Positions 1 to 7,485 of a DNA stretch of 14,713 nucleotides are shown piece after piece (position 1 is the first letter of the stretch; every line of letters begins with the position of its first letter). The notes under the pieces are model-generated. The model was not told the DNA's origin, ran no database searches, and was given only the letters and a program-made list of their open reading frames with translations. The stretch is from contig JBGATO010000083.1 in the NCBI GenBank assembly GCA_044229145.1, forward strand, positions 1 through 14,713, written 5' to 3'. The position numbers and the translations under genes were made by a program. The DNA is from Candidatus Eiseniibacteriota bacterium (GTDB lineage Bacteria; Eisenbacteria; RBG-16-71-46; CAZEPH01).

Positions 1-1254
1 GAGGTAGTTGTTGCTGGTGATCCAGATGCCGTTGGGCTGGTAGAGCTGTGCCTCGGTGGCGAGACCTCCGTCGCCGCTGAAGCCGTGGCCCTTGGTGGCA
101 TTGCCCGCTACCGTCGAGACGATCCACTGCGCCTGCGTGCTGTTCTGGCCGGCCGTCGGCTTGATGCGGCGAATCACGCTGTTGTACGAGTCGCACACGT
201 ACACCGAGTGGTCCGGGCCGACCTTCACGTCGGTCGGGAATTTGAACTTCGCCAGGTTGGCCGGACCGCCGTCCCCTTCGTAGCCACCGCCGACACCAGC
301 CGCGCCCGCGCCCGAACCCGTGCGCGACGGACCGGCACCCGCAAAGGTGTAGATCTTGTGGTAGTCTGGGCTCGACTGGTCCAGGTTAATCATGCGGATC
401 CGGTTGTTCCAGGTGTCCGCGAGATAGAGGCGCTTCCATTCGCGGTCGACCGCGAGGCGGAAGCACGGCACGGCGTCTGGCCCGCTTGGCGCGGCGAAAC
501 GCACCTTCGCGTCGGTCGCCACTAGGCTATCACCACCGAAGCCCGACTTCGCAAAGTTACCCGCGAACGTCGACACCATTCGGTCGGAGTCTATTCGGCG
601 GATCTTGAAGTTGCCGGTGTCCGAGATGTACGCGTTGCCCTCAGCGTCCCAGTCGATTGAGCTCGGCAGCCAGAACCATGCCTGCGTGGCCGGTCCGCCG
701 TCGCCGAAGAATCCGCCGAAGATGTCTGAGTTGCCCGCTGTGGTTCGCAGGTAACCCACCGGATCGATCTCTTTGATGCGGTGGTTGTGCCATGCGACCA
801 GCACGATGTTGTCGCCATGCCGCAGCACCTCGGTTGGGTGGTTGAGCGCGATCTGGGTGGCGAGACCTTCGTGATCATCACCCATGATGCCTTTCCCGTT
901 GACGATCACGTGCTGCTTGACGGTGCGCGGGTCGAAGTTCTCGCCCACGTTGTCGAGCATCATCAACTGGTGGTTGTTCCAGTCGATGTAATAGAGATGC
1001 TTCGACGTCTCATCGTAGAACGGCGCCATCGTGTAATAGCACGAGGTGGCCAACACCGAGGTCGTGGTGTCGCCCAACCCGATCGTGCCATTTCCGAGCA
1101 CCGTGTAGATCTTGTTCGGTTCGTCACCGACGATCGCGTCCCGCACGGGGTCCGGAGCCGGGGGCAGCTTGTCGCGCACACACCCGGACGCCGCGAGGAC
1201 GAGGCTGCCTAAGAAGACGGTAGCGAGCACCTGACGTGAGCGAGCGAATCTCAT
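1..1254 (-). CDS. NHL-repeat (teneurin-like) beta-propeller lipoprotein, 3' end beyond the window
   Basis: Not in the ORF track; translated by hand. ATG at 1254 with SD AAGGAGGT at 1264-1271. MRFARSRQVLATVFLGSLVLAASG-C gives a signal peptide and lipobox. Open for 418 codons to the window edge. Repeated NHL blades: YIDWNNHQL, AWHNHRIKEID, GDGGPATQAWFWLPSSIDWDAEGNAYISDTGNFKIRRI, LYLADTWNNRIRMI, GDGGPANLAKFKFPTDVKVGPDHSVYVCDSYNSVIRRI, GFSGDGGLATEAQLYQPNGI. Confidence 0.93.
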   Translation of the reverse strand, partial: MRFARSRQVLATVFLGSLVLAASGCVRDKLPPAPDPVRDAIVGDEPNKIYTVLGNGTIGLGDTTTSVLATSCYYTMAPFYDETSKHLYYIDWNNHQLMMLDNVGENFDPRTVKQHVIVNGKGIMGDDHEGLATQIALNHPTEVLRHGDNIVLVAWHNHRIKEIDPVGYLRTTAGNSDIFGGFFGDGGPATQAWFWLPSSIDWDAEGNAYISDTGNFKIRRIDSDRMVSTFAGNFAKSGFGGDSLVATDAKVRFAAPSGPDAVPCFRLAVDREWKRLYLADTWNNRIRMINLDQSSPDYHKIYTFAGAGPSRTGSGAGAAGVGGGYEGDGGPANLAKFKFPTDVKVGPDHSVYVCDSYNSVIRRIKPTAGQNSTQAQWIVSTVAGNATKGHGFSGDGGLATEAQLYQPNGIWITSNNYL

Positions 1255-1294
1255 GATACGTCGACCTCCTTGAGTGTGTGGGGACTGCGACAAA

Positions 1295-2503
1295 TCAGAA
1301 TGGGGCACGGACACGGCGAATCACTTGGTTGTTGGTGTCACTGATCCACAGGTTGCCCTGCGGATCGAAGGCGATGCCTCCCGGCGTGTCGAGTCGCGCG
1401 AAGCGCGCGGCGCTGCCGTCGCCGGTGTACCCGGCGTGCAACCCGACACCCGCGACGGTGGAGACCAGCGTCGCGCCGGTGGTGAACTGGATCTTCCGGA
1501 CGCAGTGGTTGTACGCGTCCGCGACGTAGAGATTGCCGTCGGGCCCGAACCGCAGCTCCTCCGGGTGGTTCAGTTGCGCGAATTCGGCAGGGCCACCATC
1601 GCCGGTGTAGTACGGCGTGCCGTCGCCCGCGAAGGTCGTGATCGTCGTGCGCTGCGGGTCGACCTTGCGGATGCGGTTGTTCTCCGAGTCGGCGATGTAC
1701 AGTGTGCCATCAGAGGCGATCGCGACGCCATAGGGAGCCTTGAGCTCGGCGTCTACGGGATTACCCCCGTCCCCGGAGAATCCGGCGGTGCCGCGACCGG
1801 CCACGGTCCGGATCCGGCCGGTCTGCATGTCGACCATCCGCACCCGGTGCCCGCCGGGCTCGGCGTAATAGATGTTGCCCTGGGCATCCCAGGCGAGCTG
1901 GCGTGGATCCTTGAGCAGCGCCTCGGTGGCCAGCGCGTTCTCGTCGTAGCTGCCACCGCCTTCGGTGGCGCCGGCCAGGATGCTGAACGCGCCGGCGGGC
2001 GTGAGCTTCAGGATCGCATCCCCGTGCCACAGGCTCAGGTAGACGTTGCCGGTGGCGTCGTTGAGCATGCTGGCCGGATGGAAGAGGTACCAGGACTTCG
2101 GCGGGCCGGACAGGTTGCCGGCCGCGCCGCCGCCGGCAATGGTTTCGACCGTCCCGTCCTTCTTGACGTGACGCACGCGCAAGTTGTTGAGGTCCGCGAA
2201 GGTCAGCGTGGAATCGGCGCCGAAGAGCAAGCCCGCCGGGTAGAAGAGGTCAGTCTCCACGGCGCATTTGCCGTCGCCGACGCGGAATCCGCCATCGCCA
2301 TACATGCCGGCCATGGTGGTGATGGTGCCGGCAGCGGCGCTGGCGCCCGGATCGGCGCACGTCGTCGGTGTGACCGGCGTGCTCTTGCAGCCGTCGATCG
2401 CGAACGACGCGGCGACGCAGCCGGCGACCAGCAGCCACGGCAGCAGAGCGTGCGCGCGCGAACGCTCGTCGCGCGAGGTCAGGGGTTTCGGGCCGTCGCT
2501 CAT
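1295..2503 (-). CDS. NHL-repeat (teneurin-like) beta-propeller, probable lipoprotein, 402 aa
   Basis: C-terminal part of track ORF 1295..3109. The likely start is ATG at 2503, overlapping the upstream stop (ATGA). Hydrophobic N-terminus LLPWLLVAGCVAASFAIDG-C. About six NHL blades, e.g. GFSGDGGNPVDAELKAPYGVAIASDGTLYIADSENNRIRKVD and YTGDGGPAEFAQLNHPEELRFGPDGNLYVADAYNHCVRKI. Confidence 0.93.
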   Translation of the reverse strand: MSDGPKPLTSRDERSRAHALLPWLLVAGCVAASFAIDGCKSTPVTPTTCADPGASAAAGTITTMAGMYGDGGFRVGDGKCAVETDLFYPAGLLFGADSTLTFADLNNLRVRHVKKDGTVETIAGGGAAGNLSGPPKSWYLFHPASMLNDATGNVYLSLWHGDAILKLTPAGAFSILAGATEGGGSYDENALATEALLKDPRQLAWDAQGNIYYAEPGGHRVRMVDMQTGRIRTVAGRGTAGFSGDGGNPVDAELKAPYGVAIASDGTLYIADSENNRIRKVDPQRTTITTFAGDGTPYYTGDGGPAEFAQLNHPEELRFGPDGNLYVADAYNHCVRKIQFTTGATLVSTVAGVGLHAGYTGDGSAARFARLDTPGGIAFDPQGNLWISDTNNQVIRRVRAPF

Positions 2504-3567
2504 CGCTGGAACACCCAATGGTCGATCGGCCCCGGCTGCGGCTTGCCACTGTGGAAAGCGATCAAGCGAAACGCTTCCTGATCGTCCCAGCGGGCCCCTG
2601 CGCCGATGGCGGTGTCGCCCGTGTTGTTGTACGTCGTGGTGATACGGATGATGCCTCCTTGGGGAACTGGAATCGGCGTCGCCAAGCTGACGAAGCGCGG
2701 GATCGCGCCGCTCGTGTCGTAGGCGCGGGCGAGTTGCGTTCCGCCCGCGTCCAGAACGTCGACGGTCATGCCGGTCCCCCGGCGGTGATATTCGCCGAGC
2801 AGCGCCACCAACTGCGTGGCGTAGGGCACGGCGACGTCGTAGCTGAGCGTGGTGACCTGGTGCGGTGGCAGCGAGAAGTCGTGCCGCTCGGCGACCAGGG
2901 TGCTGAGGAGATAGCCCGGCTGCGACGGTTCGTCGAACCGGCGCACTGTGCCTACGACCTTCACCCGCTGCCCGCGGACGGGAGCGCTGGCCACACTTAC
3001 GCAGTGCGCGCGGAGGTCCAGCGCCGGGTGATAGCCGATGTGGAGCGCCATGTGCGGCGGCAGTTCCCAGGTGAACGAGTCGCTGCCGCACACCATGAGC
3101 GGGAACCACTTCGTCCAGTCCGGTTCGTCGCTCACCACTTTCAGGCTATCCGGCGGACGCAAGGTGTCGCGCCGCGCGAGTACGAGCGCGTTGCAGGCGC
3201 CAGGATTCACCGCCATCTTCACGGCATTCGCGTCGAAGAACGCGTGGAAGGTGTTGAGCGTGGTGTTGAGCGACCAGATCGCATCGCTATTCGCCGGGAT
3301 CGTGTACGGGCCGAATGCGATCTTGATGCCGCCGGGGTAGCGCAGCAGATCCACGTCCGTGCCGTCGGACGGCTTGCCGAGTTCTGTGACCGAGGCGCCG
3401 CAGCCCAGGGTGATCACCACCGCCACCAGCGCGCTCGCCGCTGCGACCGCGCGGGCGAACCGGCTGCGGGCTAAGGCACCATCGCCGGTGTCTTCGGCGC
3501 AGGGGACGCTGCTCCGCGCTTCAGCGGCGGAGTCGGGCATACACGTCGGGTCCACGGGTGGCGTCAT
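2500..3567 (-). CDS. Putative lipoprotein with a copper type II ascorbate-dependent monooxygenase (PHM/DBH-like) fold and degenerate Cu ligands
   Basis: Track ORF of 355 aa; start uncertain (3567, 3540 or later). Signal/lipobox AAASALVAVVITLG-C. Motif order matches PHM-like proteins as I recall them: GPYTIP, NPGACN (cf. PGSHH), WELPPHMA, LRAHCV (cf. QTHYVN), DFSLPPH, LLGEYHRRG (cf. GHxHxRG), TTTYNNT, QEAF (cf. EMC). Confidence 0.72.
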   Translation of the reverse strand: MTPPVDPTCMPDSAAEARSSVPCAEDTGDGALARSRFARAVAAASALVAVVITLGCGASVTELGKPSDGTDVDLLRYPGGIKIAFGPYTIPANSDAIWSLNTTLNTFHAFFDANAVKMAVNPGACNALVLARRDTLRPPDSLKVVSDEPDWTKWFPLMVCGSDSFTWELPPHMALHIGYHPALDLRAHCVSVASAPVRGQRVKVVGTVRRFDEPSQPGYLLSTLVAERHDFSLPPHQVTTLSYDVAVPYATQLVALLGEYHRRGTGMTVDVLDAGGTQLARAYDTSGAIPRFVSLATPIPVPQGGIIRITTTYNNTGDTAIGAGARWDDQEAFRLIAFHSGKPQPGPIDHWVFQR

Positions 3568-3714
3568 GCGGATACGCGGGGCCTAAACGCGGCGAACGCC
3601 GGCGCGGCGCCGGGAGACGTGCGGAAAGAAAGGCAGACGGCCGGGCGCAAACACGCCCGGTCGCATCACGACGAACGGCAAACGTTCTGGAGGGATCGAG
3701 TCCACAGTGCCCTC

Positions 3715-3743
3715 ATGCTACGGAACGGCCCGCCCGAAGTCAA
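3715..3743 (-). promoter_or_regulatory. Sigma70-type promoter for the PHM-like/NHL operon
   Basis: Minus strand: -35 TTGACT (3743-3738), 17-bp spacer, -10 TAGCAT (3720-3715). It lies about 140 nt upstream of the first ATG. Confidence 0.6.
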
Positions 3744-3830
3744 CAGGCGCGCCAGGGGTGCCGGTGGTATCGGCAGATTCCCGCTGCGACCACAGTCCTG
3801 GTTCGGACGTGTACCCGTGCTGCTCTCCGC

Positions 3831-3841
3831 TGTGCTACCGT
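3831..3841 (+). promoter_or_regulatory. Possible extended -10 element for the M20 peptidase gene
   Basis: TGTGC-TACCGT, with the same TGTGC context as the promoter at 5432-5442. No good -35. Confidence 0.3.
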
Positions 3842-3929
3842 CCCGCCGCCGCGGGCCTGGCGTAGGCTGTGTCCGTGTCGTCGTGGCGCGGAGGTTCCGT
3901 GCCGCGGGTCTCGTTCGACCGGAGGCCTC

Positions 3930-5318
3930 ATGGGTCCCGAACTTCGTTTTGCCGCCGAGCACGCGGACAGATTCGTCGAGGATCTCTCCGTCGCCCTGCG
4001 TATCCCCAGCATCAGTGCCCGCGGCGAGAACGCCGCCGATCTGCGCCGGTGCGCCGATCACCTCGCCGCCGAGATGCGGCGCGTCGGCCTCACGCATGCC
4101 GAGGTCATTCCGACCGCCGGCCACCCGGTGGTGTACGGCGAGTGGCTCGGCGCGCCCGGCAAGCCGACGGTGCTCATCTATGGCCACTACGATGTCCAGC
4201 CGGTGGATCCCGAGAACCTCTGGCACACCGCGCCGTTCGAGCCGACCGTGCGCGACGGCAAGTTGTTCGCGCGCGGCTCCGTCGACGATAAAGGTCAGGT
4301 ATACATTCACTTAGCTGCGATCGAGTGCTATCTGCGCAGCCCCGGCGGGCCCGGCAGCTTGCCCATCAACATCAAGATGATCGTCGAAGGGGAAGAGGAA
4401 ATCGGGAGCTTGCATCTGGGCGAGTTCCTCGCCGCCGAGCGCGCCCGGCTCGATGCCGACATCGTCGTGGTCAGCGACACCGCGATGTTCGCCAAGGACG
4501 TGCCGTCGCTCTGCTATGGCCTGCGCGGGCTCGCGTACTGCGAGATCGAGGTGCATGGCCCGGCGGGGGACGTGCACTCGGGTTCGTTCGGGGGCGGAAT
4601 CAACAATCCCATCAACGCGTTGGCGCATATCGTCGCATCGCTAAAGGACACCGATGGGCGCATCCGGGTCGACGGGTTCTACGACACGGTGCGCGTGAAT
4701 AGCGAGGCCGAAAAGGCCGAAATGGCGAGCCTGCCCTTCGACGAGCCGACGTGGCTCGCGGCCACCGGAGCGCCCGCGGCGTTCGGCGAGCCCGGTTTCA
4801 CGACGCTCGAGCGCCTGTGGACGCGCCCGACCCTCGATGTCAACGGCATCCTCGGCGGGTATACCGGCGAAGGTGCCAAGACGATCATCCCGTCCTGGGC
4901 TCGGGCGAAGGTGTCGATGCGCCTGGTACCGCATCAGGATCCCCACGAGATCCTGCGCCTGGTGGAGGAGCACGTCCGCCGCGTCGCGCCCCCGAGCGTG
5001 CGGGTCACGGTGACGCCGATGGAAGGTGCACCGGCCTGGCTGTGCGAGCCGACGCACCCGGCCTTCGACGCCGCCAAGCGCGCGCTGGAGGAGGGGTTCG
5101 GCACCCGCACGGTGATGATGCGGGAGGGAGGGTCGATTCCCTTCGTGGGAACGATCGCCGACGCTCTCGGGGCGCCGTGCCTGCTCCTCGGCTTTGGCCT
5201 CCCGGACGAGAACTCGCATGCGCCGAACGAGTGGTTAGACCTCAGCAATTTCCACCGCGGCATCCACAGCACCGTCGTCCTCTACCGCGAGCTAGCATCC
5301 ACACCGACAGCGACTTAG
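3930..5318 (+). CDS. M20 family dipeptidase (ArgE/DapE-like, CNDP/Dug1-type), 462 aa
   Basis: SD GGAGG at 3921-3925 and ATG at 3930; the track ORF is over-extended upstream. Metal and catalytic motifs: YGHYDVQP, RGSVDDKGQ, EGEEEIGS, VVSDT, DVHSGSFGG, GGSIP, NSHAPNE. Confidence 0.95.
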   Translation: MGPELRFAAEHADRFVEDLSVALRIPSISARGENAADLRRCADHLAAEMRRVGLTHAEVIPTAGHPVVYGEWLGAPGKPTVLIYGHYDVQPVDPENLWHTAPFEPTVRDGKLFARGSVDDKGQVYIHLAAIECYLRSPGGPGSLPINIKMIVEGEEEIGSLHLGEFLAAERARLDADIVVVSDTAMFAKDVPSLCYGLRGLAYCEIEVHGPAGDVHSGSFGGGINNPINALAHIVASLKDTDGRIRVDGFYDTVRVNSEAEKAEMASLPFDEPTWLAATGAPAAFGEPGFTTLERLWTRPTLDVNGILGGYTGEGAKTIIPSWARAKVSMRLVPHQDPHEILRLVEEHVRRVAPPSVRVTVTPMEGAPAWLCEPTHPAFDAAKRALEEGFGTRTVMMREGGSIPFVGTIADALGAPCLLLGFGLPDENSHAPNEWLDLSNFHRGIHSTVVLYRELASTPTAT

Positions 5319-5344
5319 CGCAAACTCGCCGGGCGCGAACCTGA

Positions 5345-5388
5345 CTGCCCGCTGCCGCGTCGAACCTCTCGGCGCCGGCGGCGGGCAG
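5345..5388 (+). terminator. Long GC-rich hairpin downstream of the dipeptidase (terminator-like or stabilising, no U-tract)
   Basis: CTGCCCGCTGCCG-CGTCGA pairs with TCGGCG-C-CGGCGGCGGGCAG: about 19 bp including G:U pairs and one bulge, loop ACCTC, starting 27 nt after the stop codon. Confidence 0.55.
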
Positions 5389-5413
5389 CACCGTTGCAGG
5401 CGTTCGGCAAGAC

Positions 5414-5442
5414 GTGAAAATGTCCGTCGAATGTGCTAGACT
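5414..5442 (+). promoter_or_regulatory. Sigma70-type promoter with extended -10 upstream of the GNAT leader
   Basis: GTGAAA (5414-5419), 17 bp, TG-C-TAGACT (-10 at 5437-5442). Confidence 0.55.
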
Positions 5443-5445
5443 CAG

Positions 5446-5601
5446 GTGCCCTGAGGTACGCCCTGGCACATCACGCGGTGAAACTCCCACAGGACGTTCG
5501 GCCTGGGCAGGTGGCGTTGCTCGCCCCCACGAGGAATCCCTCCGTTGCGGGATTGCCCACTGACGGCGCAGATGGCAGGTACAAAGGATTGACGGAGGCA
5601 C
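5446..5601 (+). promoter_or_regulatory. Structured 5' leader, candidate cis-regulatory RNA of unassigned family
   Basis: Nested helices GTGCC/GGCAC, TGGGC/GCCCA, GGCG/CGCC and AATCCC/GGGATT. CCTCCGTT (5539-5546) is complementary to the SD region GACGGAGG (5591-5598). Confidence 0.35.
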
Positions 5602-5604
5602 TTG

Positions 5605-6471
5605 ATGGTCCGGGACCTAGGGCCCGATGACACCCCGCATGTCCTCGACTTCTTGAAGAAGGGCGGAACGCGGTCGCTCCTGCTGTACGGCCTCATCCAC
5701 GGTGGCGGTCTCAAGAAGCCCGATCCGTCGAGTGGGCTGTTCGTCGGCTATTACCAGAGCGGGGCGCTCTCGGGCGTGCTCTTTGCCGCCGGTGATGGCT
5801 ACGTCACGCTGCACGCGCCGACCCCGCACGCGCGCGCCGGACTGGCCGGCGCCTTGGTGCGCAAGGGCTTGGTGCCGCGGCTCTTGGGCGGCGAATCCGA
5901 GACGGTCGAATCCGCCTGGTCCCTGCTCCACGCCGATGGCGCGCGTGCCAAGACGGTATGGCGGTTGTGGACGTACGAAGCGCACATCGACGACCTCGCC
6001 GACGAGCGCGAGGCCGGTTTGCGCCTCGCCAAGCCGGAAGATTTGACGGCGATCTTCAATGCCGAGCGGGTTGCGTTCAAGGAGGAGTACGGCGATGAGG
6101 CGGATGCCGGCGCTCAGAAGTTGATCCGTGACCGCATCGTGCGCCGCGTGCGCGACCGCTACGAGTACATTTACGCCCCGAACGGCCAGGTGATCTGGAA
6201 GGCGTGCGTCGCCGCCTCGTCGCCCTTGGGTGTCGAGATCATGAACCCGTGGACCGCGCCCGCCTACCGCGGCAAGGGCGTGCCGACCCGCTGCCTCGCC
6301 GAACTCGCGCGCCGCATCCTGAAGAAGGTGCCGGTGGTGACGCTCGGCGTGCGCGCCGAGGACGTCGACGCCATCCACACCTACGAGAAGGCGGGCTTCC
6401 GCCGCAGCTTCCCGCGCACTTTCATCTTCCCGTGGCGGGAGATGGCGGCGGCCGAGGCGGCCATCCACTAG
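5605..6471 (+). CDS. GNAT family N-acetyltransferase (two-domain, DUF4081/FR47-like C-terminal GNAT)
   Basis: SD GGAGG at 5594-5598, ATG at 5605. Acetyl-CoA binding motif A WTAPAYRGKGV and motif B LGVRAEDVDAIHTYEKAGF. Confidence 0.9.
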   Translation: MVRDLGPDDTPHVLDFLKKGGTRSLLLYGLIHGGGLKKPDPSSGLFVGYYQSGALSGVLFAAGDGYVTLHAPTPHARAGLAGALVRKGLVPRLLGGESETVESAWSLLHADGARAKTVWRLWTYEAHIDDLADEREAGLRLAKPEDLTAIFNAERVAFKEEYGDEADAGAQKLIRDRIVRRVRDRYEYIYAPNGQVIWKACVAASSPLGVEIMNPWTAPAYRGKGVPTRCLAELARRILKKVPVVTLGVRAEDVDAIHTYEKAGFRRSFPRTFIFPWREMAAAEAAIH

Positions 6472-6497
6472 GCTGGGACGACGACACACGATTGGTG

Positions 6498-6528
6498 AAC
6501 AGGCTGGCGCGTCGGGCGCCGGCCTGTT
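6498..6528 (+). terminator. Probable intrinsic terminator hairpin after the GNAT gene
   Basis: AACAGGCTGGCGC-gtcgg-GCGCCGGCCTGTT: 13-bp stem with one G:U pair, followed by GCGTTTC. Confidence 0.55.
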
Positions 6529-6649
6529 GCGTTTCGGGAGCGGAGGCGCGCCAACGCGCATCCCCCCGGAGGTGTCGAACCCGCCGGGCCCGATCGCCGC
6601 GCGCTCCGATGAATGAGCGCGCCACGGACACAGGGAAGGAGGGACGTGC

Positions 6650-7438
6650 ATGAGAAAGATCGCACGGATGCAGCTCGGCGGGGTCGTCCTGCTGGCATGC
6701 GCGCTCGGCGGCGCGGCGCGCGTCGAGGCGCGCGAGGCGCCGGTGCCGCTCACGGAGGCGTTGTCCGCGCCGGCCGGGCTGCCGGATGCGACGCCAGTCG
6801 CCGAGGTCGCGCTCGGGCCAGCGCCCGGCACGCAGTTGGCGGTGCGCGCGCGGCGCGGGCGCTGGGGCACGGTCCGCCGAGGCAGGTCGAGCGCGCCGCG
6901 GGCGGCAATCGGCGGGTCGATCGCATCGTGGGAGCCGCGGGATGCCGGCGTCTCCGATGCGCTCATCCACGGATTCCTGCGCGGCTATCTGGGGCCCACC
7001 GCCGCCTTGCAGGCCGAGGTCGGTTACTGGTCGCACGGATACGGCGCCGGGATCCTCGCCCCGGCGGGTGGCAGCAACGGCTTCGCCGCGTACGACAAAT
7101 TGCAGGACATTCCTGCCGGCGTGTCCTTGCTCTACTTCCTCAACCCGAACCGTGGCTACGGCCGGCGAGGGGGTGCGGCGTCGCTGTACGGTGGCTTCGG
7201 TGTCGCCTGGCACACCTGGAAGGAAACCTACGCGGGGGCACTCGATCGGCCGTACGTGACGGATCGCCGGACGGTGTTCGGGTACCACTACATCGCGGGG
7301 TTGGAAATCGGTCGCGCGCGGGGGGCGCGTCTGTTCGGTGAGTACCGCTACACCGTGGGGAAGGTCGACGACCTCGGCGGTTTGCCGCTCAAATTCGACG
7401 GGTCATCCGTAGGCGGCGGGCTCGCCGTGGCGTTCTAG
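6650..7438 (+). CDS. Outer-membrane beta-barrel protein (small, probably 8-stranded, OmpW/OMP_b-brl-like)
   Basis: Strong SD GGAAGGAGG before ATG 6650. Signal peptide present. Alternating amphipathic strands (ALQAEVGYW, LYGGFGVAW, FGYHYIAGLEI, LFGEYRYT) and a C-terminal beta-signal ending GGLAVAF. Confidence 0.85.
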   Translation: MRKIARMQLGGVVLLACALGGAARVEAREAPVPLTEALSAPAGLPDATPVAEVALGPAPGTQLAVRARRGRWGTVRRGRSSAPRAAIGGSIASWEPRDAGVSDALIHGFLRGYLGPTAALQAEVGYWSHGYGAGILAPAGGSNGFAAYDKLQDIPAGVSLLYFLNPNRGYGRRGGAASLYGGFGVAWHTWKETYAGALDRPYVTDRRTVFGYHYIAGLEIGRARGARLFGEYRYTVGKVDDLGGLPLKFDGSSVGGGLAVAF

Positions 7439-7485
7439 ACGGAGCGCCTGAGCGAGCGGCCAAGGGCGCCGCGCGAGGGGATGCG

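Noticed and set aside
1274..3474. Plus-strand ORFs 1274..2581 and 2518..3474, and the N-terminal 200 aa of ORF 1295..3109
   Set aside because: Antisense or off-frame shadows of the NHL and PHM-like genes. The real NHL start is the ATG at 2503.
3620..3690. c-di-GMP-I (GEMM) riboswitch suggested by GGGCGCAAA and GGCAAAC
   Set aside because: The elements are in the wrong order and the GNRA tetraloop/receptor and P2 stem are missing.
3558..3929. N-terminal extension of the M20 peptidase in the ORF track
   Set aside because: Low-complexity sequence that covers the divergent promoter region. The SD and homology-like sequence begin at ATG 3930.
1..3929. Gly-extended precursor peptide gene for a PAM-like amidation system
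   Set aside because: No small ORF with a signal peptide and C-terminal Gly was found near the operon within this window.
5441..5601. Assignment of the GNAT leader to cobalamin (GGTGAAACTCC, CCACTG), TPP (GGTGCC-CTGAG), ZTP (GCCTGGGCA) riboswitches or 6S RNA
   Set aside because: Only isolated fragments match. The cobalamin GGGAA and B12 box, the TPP ACCTGAT core and the ZTP GACTG/P3 pairing are absent, and the rod-like pairing is too imperfect to call 6S without a covariance model.
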